NCBI GenBank assembly: GCA_031359445.1
Contig: JANMAE010000071.1
Span: 13,029 to 77,028 of the forward strand
Direction of reading: 5' to 3'
DNA length: 64,000 nucleotides
From: Hyphomicrobiales bacterium
GTDB taxonomy: Bacteria; Pseudomonadota; Alphaproteobacteria; Rhizobiales; Aestuariivirgaceae
Under the pieces are notes generated by a model, which saw nothing but the letters and a program-made list of their open reading frames with translations, made no database searches and had not been told where the DNA came from. Within the stretch, counting starts at the first letter, position 1, and each line of letters starts with the position of its first letter. Below, in pieces: positions 19,664-29,229 of this stretch. The translations under genes were made by a program, and so were the position numbers.

Positions 19664-20992
19664 ATGCTGATTAAAGAGCCTGATGAACATGTAAGTGGAA
19701 GAACGCAAGAATTACTGGGCTTGGCCGATGAGGCTCTGCTGGACCATCTCCAACATGCAGCCTTCGACTATTTCCTTGCAACAGTAAACCCGAAAAACGG
19801 CTTGGTCAGTGACACGACGCGGCCAAACTCCCCATGCAGCATCGCGGTCGTTGGCTTTGCTCTTTCATGCTATCCCATAGCCGTTGAAAGAGGCTGGTTG
19901 GATCGCGCCAAGGCCATACAATTGACCTTGGCCGCACTTCGCTTTTTTCACAGCAGTGAGCAAAGCGTAAAACCTGATGCAACAGGCTACAAAGGTTTTT
20001 ACTATCACTTCCTTGACATGAAAACCGGACGTCGCGTGTGGCACTGCGAACTTTCCATGATAGACACCGCAATCCTCATTGCCGGCATGCTCACTGCAGC
20101 CCAATATTTCCAGAAACACACGCAGGACGAAACAGAAATTCGCGAACGCGCACAAGCAATGTACCTGCGCGCGGATTGGCGATGGTCGCAAGGCGGCGAA
20201 GCAACCATCAGGATGGGCTGGAAACCCGAATGCGGATATTTGCACTATGGATGGGATGGTTACAGCGAGGCAATCATTCTCTACGCGCTTGCCATGGGTT
20301 CGCCCAGCCACCCCGTATCCGATGCATGCTACAAAGCGTGGACCTTGACCTATCAATGGGAAAATCTCTACAGCTACGACTTCCTTTATGCCGGCCCGCT
20401 TTTTATCCACCAATTCTCCCACGCCTGGATAGATTTTCGCAGGCTTCGGGACGCCTTCATGCGGGAGAAAACCAGTGATTATTTTGAAAACAGCCGCCGC
20501 GCCGTAGAGGTGCAGCGCAGGTATTGCGAGCATAATCCTGATGGCTTCACGGGCTATGATAGAAACTGCTGGGGCTTGACCGCATGTGATGGCCCACAGC
20601 AGGACACTCGCCAATTCTATGGATATGCCGCACGCGGTGTCCCCTATGGACCTGATGATGGAACGCTGGCTGGTTCCGCTGTTCTGGCATCACTGCCCTT
20701 TGCTCCGGAAGCTGTCATGACTTCCGTGCGCGCCATGCTGGAACGCTACCCCGAAATGCTGCCGCAAGATCGCTACGCAAGCAGCTTCAACCCTTCGCTG
20801 GCCGATATTGGCCAACCCGCATGGATATCATACGGTCACTTCGGACTGGATCAGGGCATCGTGGTAATGATGGTTGAGAATTATCGCAGTGAACTGATCT
20901 GGCGGCTGATGCGGAACAATGTTCATTTGGCTCACGGCCTTCGCCGCGCCGGATTCCGCGGCGGTTGGTTGAACCCTCGAGGGGAAAAATGA
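19664..20992 (+). CDS. Cytoplasmic glucoamylase-like / DUF3131-type (GH144-related) protein
   Basis: No signal peptide. The sequence character (GLVSD..., HYGWDGYSEAIILYALAMGSP, QFSHAWIDFR) recalls the putative-glucoamylase (alpha/alpha)6-barrel family. This call is from memory only. Confidence 0.45.
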   Translation: MLIKEPDEHVSGRTQELLGLADEALLDHLQHAAFDYFLATVNPKNGLVSDTTRPNSPCSIAVVGFALSCYPIAVERGWLDRAKAIQLTLAALRFFHSSEQSVKPDATGYKGFYYHFLDMKTGRRVWHCELSMIDTAILIAGMLTAAQYFQKHTQDETEIRERAQAMYLRADWRWSQGGEATIRMGWKPECGYLHYGWDGYSEAIILYALAMGSPSHPVSDACYKAWTLTYQWENLYSYDFLYAGPLFIHQFSHAWIDFRRLRDAFMREKTSDYFENSRRAVEVQRRYCEHNPDGFTGYDRNCWGLTACDGPQQDTRQFYGYAARGVPYGPDDGTLAGSAVLASLPFAPEAVMTSVRAMLERYPEMLPQDRYASSFNPSLADIGQPAWISYGHFGLDQGIVVMMVENYRSELIWRLMRNNVHLAHGLRRAGFRGGWLNPRGEK

Positions 20993-20993
20993 C

Positions 20994-22496
20994 GTGGTAA
21001 AAATTCAGCCCGAGACCATTGATGTTGAGACCATGGAGAATGTGCGGCCTCCCGCACACCGCAATCCTCAGCCAGCATCCTGCTACAATCTGGTCATTAT
21101 AGGCGGTGGCACCGCGGGCCTTGTGGCAGCTCATGGCGCTGCCGCCTTGGGCGCGAAAGTAGCACTCATTGAGCGCGGTCTTCTGGGGGGCGATTGCCTG
21201 AATGTTGGCTGTGTGCCATCCAAGACCCTTATTCGCACGTCGCGTATCTTTGCAGACATGCGCGATGCGGCCAACTATGGCGCAACCAGGCCTGCCACGA
21301 TTGATGTTGATTTTTCCGCCGTGATGCAGCGCATGCGCTCCATCAGGACGCGCCTGAGCCGCATGGACTCAGCCCAGCGTTTGCGTGAAGCGGGGGTGGA
21401 CGTTTTCTTTGGTCAAGCCGAATTCACCGGAGGCGATGAACTCACTGTTGAGGGTACAAAGCTGCGGTTCAAGAAAGCCCTGATTGCGACAGGCGCAAGA
21501 CCTGACACGCCTACAATTCCAGGTTTGCAGGAAGCAGGTTTTCTGACCAATGAAAACATATTTGACGTGACGGAACTGCCGCGCCGATTGTTGGTGATCG
21601 GTGGCGGCCCGCTGGGCTGCGAACTGGCGCAGGCATTCGGCCGTTTTGGAGCGCAAACCACAATAGTACAAAACTGGGCTTTCTTTCTTCCCAAGGAAGA
21701 GCGCGATGCTGCACAGCTTCTCTCTGATTCTTTTGCGCGTGATGGCATTGACGTGCGGCTCAACACTGAAGTTGTTGGCGTGCGCCGGGACGGCGACACG
21801 AAACTCGTGGATCTTGTCAGCGATGATTACAAGAGCACCGTGGTTGCTGACGCCATCCTCACCGGTACAGGGCGAAATCCGAATGTGGAGGGCTTGGGCC
21901 TTGAAGTTGCGGGAATTGAATACGACACAATAATGGGTGTGAAGGTAAATGACTTCCTGCAAACCACCAATCCACTGGTCTATGCAGCAGGAGATGCCTG
22001 CATGGAACACAAATATACCCACGTGGCAGATGCATCAGCCCGCATTGCTGTCCAGAATGCCCTGTTCTGGGGCCGCAAGCGGGTGAGCGCGTTGTCCATT
22101 CCCTGGTGCACTTACACCGATCCGGAAATTGCCCATGTCGGCCTCTATGTAAGGCAGGCCAACGAGCGCGGCATCCCGGTCAAAACCTTCACCATTCCCA
22201 TGCACGAAGTTGACCGCGCCGTAACGGACGGCGAGGAAAAAGGCTTTGTGAAAATCCATGTGAAGGAAGGGTCCGACCGGATCATAGGGGCCACCATTGT
22301 AGCCCGCCATGCCGGTGACATGATCAATGAAATCAATCTCGCAATGGTGGCAGGTGTTGGGCTTTGCAGGCTGGCAAACGTGATTCATCCCTATCCCACT
22401 CAAGCCAATGCCATCAAGAAAGCCGCGGATGCCTGCAACCGCTCGCGCCTGACGCCCTTTGTCAGCGCAGCACTAAGGCGCTGGCTGCAATGGTAG
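20994..22496 (+). CDS. FAD-dependent pyridine nucleotide-disulfide oxidoreductase (mercuric-reductase/dihydrolipoamide-dehydrogenase-like)
   Basis: GGGTAGLVAA FAD motif, redox-active GGDCLNVGCVPSK, second Rossmann motif VIGGGPLGCE, and the dimerisation-domain HPYPT motif. It has no C-terminal Cys pair and no NmerA domain. The GTG start lies 1 nt after the upstream stop. Confidence 0.8.
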   Translation: MVKIQPETIDVETMENVRPPAHRNPQPASCYNLVIIGGGTAGLVAAHGAAALGAKVALIERGLLGGDCLNVGCVPSKTLIRTSRIFADMRDAANYGATRPATIDVDFSAVMQRMRSIRTRLSRMDSAQRLREAGVDVFFGQAEFTGGDELTVEGTKLRFKKALIATGARPDTPTIPGLQEAGFLTNENIFDVTELPRRLLVIGGGPLGCELAQAFGRFGAQTTIVQNWAFFLPKEERDAAQLLSDSFARDGIDVRLNTEVVGVRRDGDTKLVDLVSDDYKSTVVADAILTGTGRNPNVEGLGLEVAGIEYDTIMGVKVNDFLQTTNPLVYAAGDACMEHKYTHVADASARIAVQNALFWGRKRVSALSIPWCTYTDPEIAHVGLYVRQANERGIPVKTFTIPMHEVDRAVTDGEEKGFVKIHVKEGSDRIIGATIVARHAGDMINEINLAMVAGVGLCRLANVIHPYPTQANAIKKAADACNRSRLTPFVSAALRRWLQW

Positions 22497-22502
22497 AAAC
22501 GC

Positions 22503-23558
22503 TCAATACCTTAAACGGTTTCCGGTTTCGCCATCAAAGAGATAAATGCGATCCTTGAGGAAGGTAAAAGCTATGGGTGTATCAAGAGCTTGGCGGAAGG
22601 TGCGCGAACCCTTGGCCACGACGAGCTGCTCGCCCGCCCATGCCGTCACCAGCGTCATGTCGCCAGTGGGTTCGAGCGAATAGAGTCGCGAGGAAATATT
22701 GCTGTCCTTTGCTGCGCTGATTTCCATGTCTTCAGGCCTGATGCCGAGCACCACATGCGCGTGGCTTGCCTTGCCCAGGTTTTTCACTTGCGTATTGGGT
22801 CCCGTGAACACGCCCTTGTCGAGCGAGCCCTTTATCAGGTTCATCGGCGGCGACCCGATGAAGCTCGCCACAAAAATATGGTTGGGGTCATTATAGACCT
22901 CATCCGGCGTGCCAAGCTGTTGAATCTTGCCCTTGTTCATCACAGCGATCCGGTCAGCCAGCGTCATGGCTTCAATCTGGTCGTGGGTGACATAGACTGT
23001 GGTTGTTTCAAGTTGCCGCTGGATGTGTTTCAGCTGGGCCCGCATCGTGAGCCGCAGTTTCGCATCCAGATTTGAAAGGGGTTCATCCATGAGAAACACT
23101 TGCGGCTGGCGAACAATCGCGCGGGCCAGCGCCGCGCGCTGCCGCTGGCCGCCTGAAAGGGCCCGTGGCTTGCGGTCGAGGAATTCGCCGAGCTCAACCA
23201 TGTCGGCAGCTTCGCGCACCAACCTGTCATGATCGCCCGCAGGCACGCCCCGCATGCGCAGGGGAAAGCGGATATTGTCATAAATCGACATGTTGGGATA
23301 AAGCGCATAACTCTGAAACACCATCGCCACGTCGCGGTCGCGCGCATCCACGTCGGTCACGTCTTCATCATTGATTTGTATCTGGCCAGCTGTTGGCTCT
23401 TCCAAGCCAGCGATCATCCGCATGGTGGTGGTCTTGCCGCACCCTGATGGGCCCAGGAGCACCATGAACTCCTTGTCCCTGATATCCAAGTCGATGGAAT
23501 CAACGCCAACAAATGCGCCCCATGCCCTGGAAATCCCGCGAAGTTTGATATCGGCCAT
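22503..23558 (-). CDS. Sugar ABC transporter ATP-binding protein (MalK/UgpC family)
   Basis: GPSGCGKTT, LSGGQRQR, FLMDEPLSNLD. I set the start at MADIKLRG (ATG 23558). The 97 upstream codons in the ORF track look spurious. Confidence 0.9.
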   Translation of the reverse strand: MADIKLRGISRAWGAFVGVDSIDLDIRDKEFMVLLGPSGCGKTTTMRMIAGLEEPTAGQIQINDEDVTDVDARDRDVAMVFQSYALYPNMSIYDNIRFPLRMRGVPAGDHDRLVREAADMVELGEFLDRKPRALSGGQRQRAALARAIVRQPQVFLMDEPLSNLDAKLRLTMRAQLKHIQRQLETTTVYVTHDQIEAMTLADRIAVMNKGKIQQLGTPDEVYNDPNHIFVASFIGSPPMNLIKGSLDKGVFTGPNTQVKNLGKASHAHVVLGIRPEDMEISAAKDSNISSRLYSLEPTGDMTLVTAWAGEQLVVAKGSRTFRQALDTPIAFTFLKDRIYLFDGETGNRLRY

Positions 23559-23639
23559 GTCGGTTGTTGTTTCTCCCAGCGTGTCTGTATTTCTATACAA
23601 TAGGAAAGCAAATGCAACATCATTAACATCGCCGAGTCC

Positions 23640-24048
23640 GCCACAGGCCTGGCTACCGACTCGGGCCGCCGCATGGAGCGCGAAGGCAGTCTGCACCAGC
23701 GACCAGATCGACGTGATCATTGATGCAACCGGCAGGCTTGCCGTAGGTGCTGCCATTGTTCTCACCGCGATGGAACATGGCAAGCATCTCGTGATGATGA
23801 ACGTGGAAGCAGATGTCACCGTCGGCGCCTCTCTGCAACATGAGGCCAAACGCCTGGGCGTGGTTTATACGTTGGGGGCAGGCGATGAGCCCAGCTCCAT
23901 TTCGTAACCAGCCTGGGCTATCCCATCGTGGCGGCAGGCAAGGGCAAGAACAATCCCCTCAGAATTGCAGCAACGCCCACGCAATACATGGGCGAAGCCA
24001 AACGCGCCTTGAACTTCATGAAGGTGACCAAGATGAAGCAGAGCTAAA
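23640..24048 (+). pseudogene. Decayed remnant of a COG4091-type NAD(P)-dependent oxidoreductase (homoserine-dehydrogenase-like, SAF-domain family)
   Basis: One frame reads DQIDVIIDATGRLAVGAAIVLTAMEHGKHLVMMNVEADVTVGASLQHEAKRLGVVYTLGAGDEPSSIS then a stop. A shifted frame continues SLGYPIVAAGKGKNNPLRIAATPTQYMGEAKRALN..., then a stop. There is no N-terminal Rossmann segment and no C-terminal half. Confidence 0.55.
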
Positions 24049-24050
24049 CA

Positions 24051-24884
24051 TCAGCCCTTCACCGCGCCCATGGTGAGGCCGCGCGAGAGATGGTTCTGGA
24101 TGGAGATAACCAGCAGCAGGATCGGGAAAAACGCGAGGAAGGAAACCAGGGCGATTGCGTTATATATAATCCCGTCAGAACCACCGGAAAAATTAGCCAG
24201 TGCCACCGACAGGGGATAAGCATTCTTGGACGCAATAATCAGCGTGAACAGATATTCATTCATGGCAAAAATGGCGGCAATAACGGCTGCCGTCACAATG
24301 CCTGGCAGGCACATCGGGATGATGATCGACCAGAGGATGCGGAGGTCTGAAGCACCATCGGTGCGTGCCGCATCTTCAATCTCATGCGGAATGTCGAGCA
24401 TATAGGAGCGGATGATCCACACCACGATGGAAAGATTCATTGCAGCATACACCAGCATCAGCGCCCATACGGTGTCGAGAATGTGCAGCTTCCCGAACAA
24501 GACAAAAATTGGAATGGCAACCGCTGCAGGCGCCATCATCTTGGTGGACAGAATATAGAATCCGATGTCCTCACGGCCCTTGAATCTGTAGCGCGCCAGC
24601 GCATAGGCAGCTGGAATTCCGAGCAGTAGGCACAGGAAAACGCTGCCGGAGATGGCCAACACGGAATTCTTGAAATAGGTCACCAGCGGCCATTCTTCCA
24701 TGATCTTGGCCCAGGTTTCGATGGTGAGCGTCGGGAAGTAAATGGGTTCGGGCGCAATGATTTCATTGCGCGGGCGAAGCGCAATGCTTGCAAAATACAG
24801 GATGGGCAGAAAGCAGATGATTCCCCACAGGGTGAGAGCCAGTTTGCACAGCCAGAGACTTGCAGAAGATTTCTTTGCCATCAT
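24051..24884 (-). CDS. Carbohydrate ABC transporter permease
   Basis: Six-TM profile, EAA loop DAARTDGASDLRILWSIIIPM. Confidence 0.9.
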   Translation of the reverse strand: MMAKKSSASLWLCKLALTLWGIICFLPILYFASIALRPRNEIIAPEPIYFPTLTIETWAKIMEEWPLVTYFKNSVLAISGSVFLCLLLGIPAAYALARYRFKGREDIGFYILSTKMMAPAAVAIPIFVLFGKLHILDTVWALMLVYAAMNLSIVVWIIRSYMLDIPHEIEDAARTDGASDLRILWSIIIPMCLPGIVTAAVIAAIFAMNEYLFTLIIASKNAYPLSVALANFSGGSDGIIYNAIALVSFLAFFPILLLVISIQNHLSRGLTMGAVKG

Positions 24885-25795
24885 TCAACGCCTGACTTGA
24901 AGAAGCGGCGCACCAGTGTTTGCGCCAATATGATTGTGACAATCAGCAGCAACACAGAGGCGGCAGACGCATAACCCTGTTCGAAACTTTTGAACGCCGT
25001 ACGGTAAATGAAATAGCTCAGGGTTTCGGTGTTTCCACCAGGCGTTCCCTGGGTGATGATGTGAACCGGTGCGAACATGGTCAGAATGTCAATGCCGCGC
25101 AGCACCAGTGCAATGGCAATCACCGGCCGCATCATGGGAAGCGAGATATTGAAAAAAATCCGCCGCCAGGATGCGCCATCCAGCCGTGCAGCTTCTTCCA
25201 CTTCCTTGTCCATCCCTTGCAAGGCAGCCACGAAAATGATGAAGAGGAAAGGGGTCCATTGCCAGACGTCGGTTATCACCAGCACCATGCGCGCAAGGAA
25301 TGTGGATGCCATGAAATCAATGTTGCCACCGTTGAAGCCAACACGCGTCAGCAGATCACTGATCACGCGTCCGTCGTTGAACAATAATTTCCAGAGAAAG
25401 GACACTGCCGAAGGCATGAACAGCATGGGCAGAAGAAACAGGATGCGCCAGGCCTTCACAAAGGGATCGCGGTAGACCAGGGCTGCAAGTGTGAGCGCAA
25501 TGACGAATTCCAGCACGAGCGTGATAACACCGAGGATGAGCGTATTGCTGACGCTGGTCCAGAAGGCATTGTCCACCACAAGTTCGCGATAGTTCTGCAA
25601 TCCAACATATTCCAGCTTGAACTTGCCTGTCATCAGGCTGCGGTAAACCGCATAAATTCCTGGATAAAGCGTGATGCCCAGGAGATAGATCACGGCGGGC
25701 GCGAGGAGAAAATAAGGAAATGCCTTGCGCATGAAGGGGCTGCGTCGAATCAGTGTCCGTTTTGGATAGTTCATCTTGAGCGCCACATCGGTCAT
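24881..25795 (-). CDS. Carbohydrate ABC transporter permease
   Basis: EAA loop EAARLDGASWRRIFFNISLPM. Overlaps the downstream permease by 4 nt. Confidence 0.9.
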   Translation of the reverse strand: MTDVALKMNYPKRTLIRRSPFMRKAFPYFLLAPAVIYLLGITLYPGIYAVYRSLMTGKFKLEYVGLQNYRELVVDNAFWTSVSNTLILGVITLVLEFVIALTLAALVYRDPFVKAWRILFLLPMLFMPSAVSFLWKLLFNDGRVISDLLTRVGFNGGNIDFMASTFLARMVLVITDVWQWTPFLFIIFVAALQGMDKEVEEAARLDGASWRRIFFNISLPMMRPVIAIALVLRGIDILTMFAPVHIITQGTPGGNTETLSYFIYRTAFKSFEQGYASAASVLLLIVTIILAQTLVRRFFKSGVE

Positions 25796-25836
25796 AGGAA
25801 TTTGTTACTATGTATTTATCGGGAAGTCAATAGGAA

Positions 25837-25860
25837 AATGGCCGGGTCTCCCCGGCCATT
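25837..25860 (-). terminator. Intercistronic stem-loop after the binding-protein gene
   Basis: Perfect 10-bp inverted repeat AATGGCCGGG / CCCGGCCATT with a 4-nt loop, between the binding-protein stop (25876) and the permease start (25795). Confidence 0.5.
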
Positions 25861-25875
25861 CCAATTGGTCTGAAA

Positions 25876-27450
25876 TCAGAACGGCAGTTTCTTGTCCTTG
25901 CCGACCCACAGTCCAGGAGCCATCGAAGCATAGCTCACGGGATCCTTGCCCGCATAGAACCCGCTCTTGGTCATGATGTCCTTGACCTTGACCGCAGCCT
26001 GGTCGAGAGCTTCCTTGGGCTTCAATTCTCCAACGATCACCTTGTTGATCAGGAAGCCGATTTCCTGGTCCATCTGGAACGCCTGCGGCAAGCGCGGCGC
26101 GCACCATGCATAATCCAGCTCTTCCGCCCAAACTTTGGCAGGCTGCGAAACGGCGCGCAGCTTTTCATTGTTCAACACAGATTTGTAACCTGGTGCCACA
26201 CCATTGGCATTTGCTTCGTTCATGGCCATGATCGAAGCTGAAGTGAGGAAGGCGAGCATGAGGAATGCTGCTTCCGGTTCAGGCGAGGTTGACGTGACAC
26301 ACGAGGTTGAACCAGCGATGTTTGGCGGTGCAAAGCGACCACCTTCCACGCGCGGTTCATAAATCGTCAGCACGTCATCACCCACCTTGCTCTGGTCAGG
26401 ACGGGTGGCTTGCGTGCCTGAGTCCTGCCACGAAATATTGCAGGCAATCTGGCCGCCGAGCCACGCAGCACGGTTCGTTGGCCAGTCGGCCGCTGCAACA
26501 CCTTCAATCGCATTCTTGGAAAGGGCGACGATGGTTTCAAGTCCCTTTACGCCCGCATCACCATTGAAGACTGGCTCCCATTTGTCGTTGAACAGTTCAA
26601 GGCCATACTGGGCCGCAATATGCTGCCACGTATAGGTTGCCCAGAAGCCACGTCCGCACATCATGCCGATGGCATTGACGCCTTTTTCAGCCTTGTTCAA
26701 TTCCGGAGCCAACCGGATCATTTCGTCATAGGTGGGAATGGTCGTCGCGCGATCCGGATCCTTGCCCAACACTTTCTTGAAGATCGAAGGACGGATGTGA
26801 ACCTGCTGGATGTCGCAGTCAAATGGAATGCCCATGAGGCCCTTGTCGCCCCAACGGCCATAATTCAACAGATAGGTGTCGTAGAAATCATCCACTGGCA
26901 ATTTCCACTTTGCCGCATAATCATCCAGCGGCTTGACGAAGCCCTGGGCTGCAAAGTCACCAAGCCAGGGCGAGAAGAACTGCAGCGCGTCAAAGCTGGC
27001 GTTGCCGGAAAGGAATTCGGCCACCACCTTGTCATACATGGAATCATCAGGGATCGGCACAAGCTCGACCTTGATGCCTGAAAGATCGAGGAACGGCTGC
27101 AACCCATCCTGCGCCGATTCGCGGTCGGCAGCGCCAATTGCAAAGCGCACGGTCTTTCCGGCATGTTCCTTGCGAACCGCTTCCCAATCCACCGTGCGAA
27201 TCCAGTCCTTCTTTGGATCCCACAGCTCATCATTGTCGCCAAGCTTATATTGCTCGCGATATTCCTTCTTCACATATTTTCCAACATTGATGCTAGCCAA
27301 CACGTCAGCGGGATTGGCCATCGCGGCAAATGCGCGGTTCACATTGAACATTGAAACGCCGCCTACACCGGCCACCAATGCAGCACTTGTGGCAGCAGTG
27401 GATTTCAACAGGGAACGGCGGGTTATGAGTCCTGATTGCTTCGTTAGCAT
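25876..27450 (-). CDS. ABC transporter extracellular solute-binding protein with Tat-type signal
   Basis: N-terminal RRSLLKSTAATSAALVAGVGG twin-arginine signal; 524 aa; first gene of a binding-protein/permease/permease/ATPase operon. Confidence 0.85.
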   Translation of the reverse strand: MLTKQSGLITRRSLLKSTAATSAALVAGVGGVSMFNVNRAFAAMANPADVLASINVGKYVKKEYREQYKLGDNDELWDPKKDWIRTVDWEAVRKEHAGKTVRFAIGAADRESAQDGLQPFLDLSGIKVELVPIPDDSMYDKVVAEFLSGNASFDALQFFSPWLGDFAAQGFVKPLDDYAAKWKLPVDDFYDTYLLNYGRWGDKGLMGIPFDCDIQQVHIRPSIFKKVLGKDPDRATTIPTYDEMIRLAPELNKAEKGVNAIGMMCGRGFWATYTWQHIAAQYGLELFNDKWEPVFNGDAGVKGLETIVALSKNAIEGVAAADWPTNRAAWLGGQIACNISWQDSGTQATRPDQSKVGDDVLTIYEPRVEGGRFAPPNIAGSTSCVTSTSPEPEAAFLMLAFLTSASIMAMNEANANGVAPGYKSVLNNEKLRAVSQPAKVWAEELDYAWCAPRLPQAFQMDQEIGFLINKVIVGELKPKEALDQAAVKVKDIMTKSGFYAGKDPVSYASMAPGLWVGKDKKLPF

Positions 27451-27571
27451 AGACGACTTCCTCCATTTGATCGGCCCGTTTGTATTTTTTGCGCGCTATC
27501 AGGCCAGAGAACACGCAAGTTCAAGCGGTCTATTGTTGTTTTGTAAAGAACGTACATTGGTCATTTCATAA

Positions 27572-27790
27572 ATGCAAATGCTTCGTTTTGCGGCAAAAAT
27601 CGATCACCCCATCAACAACCGTATCATGTCCATTCCATTGAGCAAGCTCCGCGGTGTGCCCATCCGGGTGATTGCTTCCGGTGGACATGAAAAGGTGGAA
27701 CCAATCCTTGGTGCCATAAAACTGGTGAACTGTAATGTCCTGATCACCAATGAAGCAACAGCTCGGGAATTGCTTTTGCGCCGAACCTAG
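27572..27790 (+). pseudogene. 5'-truncated remnant of a SorC/DeoR-type sugar-binding transcriptional regulator (C-terminal ~70 aa only)
   Basis: INNRIMSIPLSKLRGVPIRVIASGGHEKVEPILGAIKLVNCNVLITNEATARELL matches the conserved C-terminal end of SorC-family regulators. The HTH domain and most of the sugar-binding domain are absent upstream. Confidence 0.6.
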
Positions 27791-27871
27791 GCAGGACCAT
27801 CACCTCAAAAGGCAAATGATAAGCTGCACTCAAGCTAGTCTTCCTAGGCTGCGTAGCTGATCCGCGCATTA

Positions 27872-29215
27872 TTGGCGCGGCCGCGCCTGAGGAGGATCGA
27901 AGTCTTGAAAAGCATGCAGAAAGTGGCTTCCCCGGAAATTCTGGGCCTGTCGCGCCTCGTTCGCCTTGCCTTTGAGCAAAGGAATCTGGCACCCGTGTGG
28001 CACGATCTCTTGGACAGGATTGCCGACAATCCCGGCGATGCAAGCGCGTTGCTTGACCTGTCGGTCATGCTGCAAACATCGGGCAAGCGCGACAAGGCGC
28101 GCGAGATTCAATCCGCTGCATTGCGTCTCCGGCAGGTTTTCACCTGCAGGCACGGAACCGGGCAGGGCCTCAAGGTACTGGCCTTCGTCACCGCAGGCGA
28201 CTTCATGGCAAACACACCACTCGATTTCCTGCTCGAAACTTCGAATATGCAATTGATACTGGTCTATGTCGATGCCCACACCGCAGTCCTGCCAGAAATT
28301 CCAGACCATGACGTGGCCTTCGTGGGCATAGGTGAATCGCCGTCCAATGCTGCGGTTCTTGAAAATTTGCAGAGACTTCTGGTGGATTGGAATGGTGCAA
28401 TTGTCAACAATGCGCCAGACAGGATCACTGCCCTCACAAGGGACAATGTAGCCTCCATATTCTCAGGCGAGACATCAATTCTGGCACCCCCCACCCATCG
28501 TGTCGCACGCCATAAGCTCCTGCAATTGGCTTCGGAAAAAATTCATGTGTCTGTCTTGCTGCCGAAGCATGATTTCCCCGTCATCCTTCGCCCGCTTGGC
28601 TCCCATGCCGGAGAAGGAATGGAAAAAATCGATACACCTCTGGACATATTCAACTATCTCTCTCGTAACGGCGAAGATGAATTCTTTCTCTCTCCCTACA
28701 TCAATTATGCTGGTCTTGACCGTAAATTCCGCAAACAGCGAATTGCTTTCATCAACGGCAAAGCCTTTGCCTGTCATCTCGGCGTGTCACAGAACTGGAT
28801 GGTGCACTACCTCAACGCGCAAATGTTGGACAATGCTGCCCATCGTGAGGAAGAAGCACGCTGGATGGAGCACTTCGATGAATTTGCACACAAACATTGC
28901 CAGGCTTTTGCAGCACTTTCACACATCATCGGTTTGGATTATTTCGGAATCGATTGCGCCGAAATGCCCGACGGCCGTCTGCTGCTGTTTGAGGTGGATG
29001 TGGCAATGATCGTCCATGACATGGATCCTCGTGATTGCTTTCCCTACAAGGAAAAAGCTATGCGCAAAGTCTTTCAAGCTTTCCAGGATTTCCTGCAGGA
29101 GAAAGCAGATATTGTGAAACTTGAACGCGACGTTTTGCCAACGTTCCTGTTTGGCAAGCTGGGCATGAACATTCCAGTTGCCCATAATCAAAACGCTCCA
29201 ACCGCCACATTTTGA
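27872..29215 (+). CDS. Uncharacterised protein with a TPR-like N-terminus and an ATP-grasp-like C-terminal domain
   Basis: The C-terminal half (PVILRPLGSHAGEGM..., YINYAGLDRKFRKQRIAFINGKAF, GLDYFGIDCAEMPDGRLLLFEVDVAMIVH) looks like a RimK/glutathione-synthetase-type ATP-grasp fold. The start is uncertain: TTG 27872 or ATG 27914. Confidence 0.45.
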   Translation: MARPRLRRIEVLKSMQKVASPEILGLSRLVRLAFEQRNLAPVWHDLLDRIADNPGDASALLDLSVMLQTSGKRDKAREIQSAALRLRQVFTCRHGTGQGLKVLAFVTAGDFMANTPLDFLLETSNMQLILVYVDAHTAVLPEIPDHDVAFVGIGESPSNAAVLENLQRLLVDWNGAIVNNAPDRITALTRDNVASIFSGETSILAPPTHRVARHKLLQLASEKIHVSVLLPKHDFPVILRPLGSHAGEGMEKIDTPLDIFNYLSRNGEDEFFLSPYINYAGLDRKFRKQRIAFINGKAFACHLGVSQNWMVHYLNAQMLDNAAHREEEARWMEHFDEFAHKHCQAFAALSHIIGLDYFGIDCAEMPDGRLLLFEVDVAMIVHDMDPRDCFPYKEKAMRKVFQAFQDFLQEKADIVKLERDVLPTFLFGKLGMNIPVAHNQNAPTATF

Positions 29216-29229
29216 GGGTTGCTGTGACC

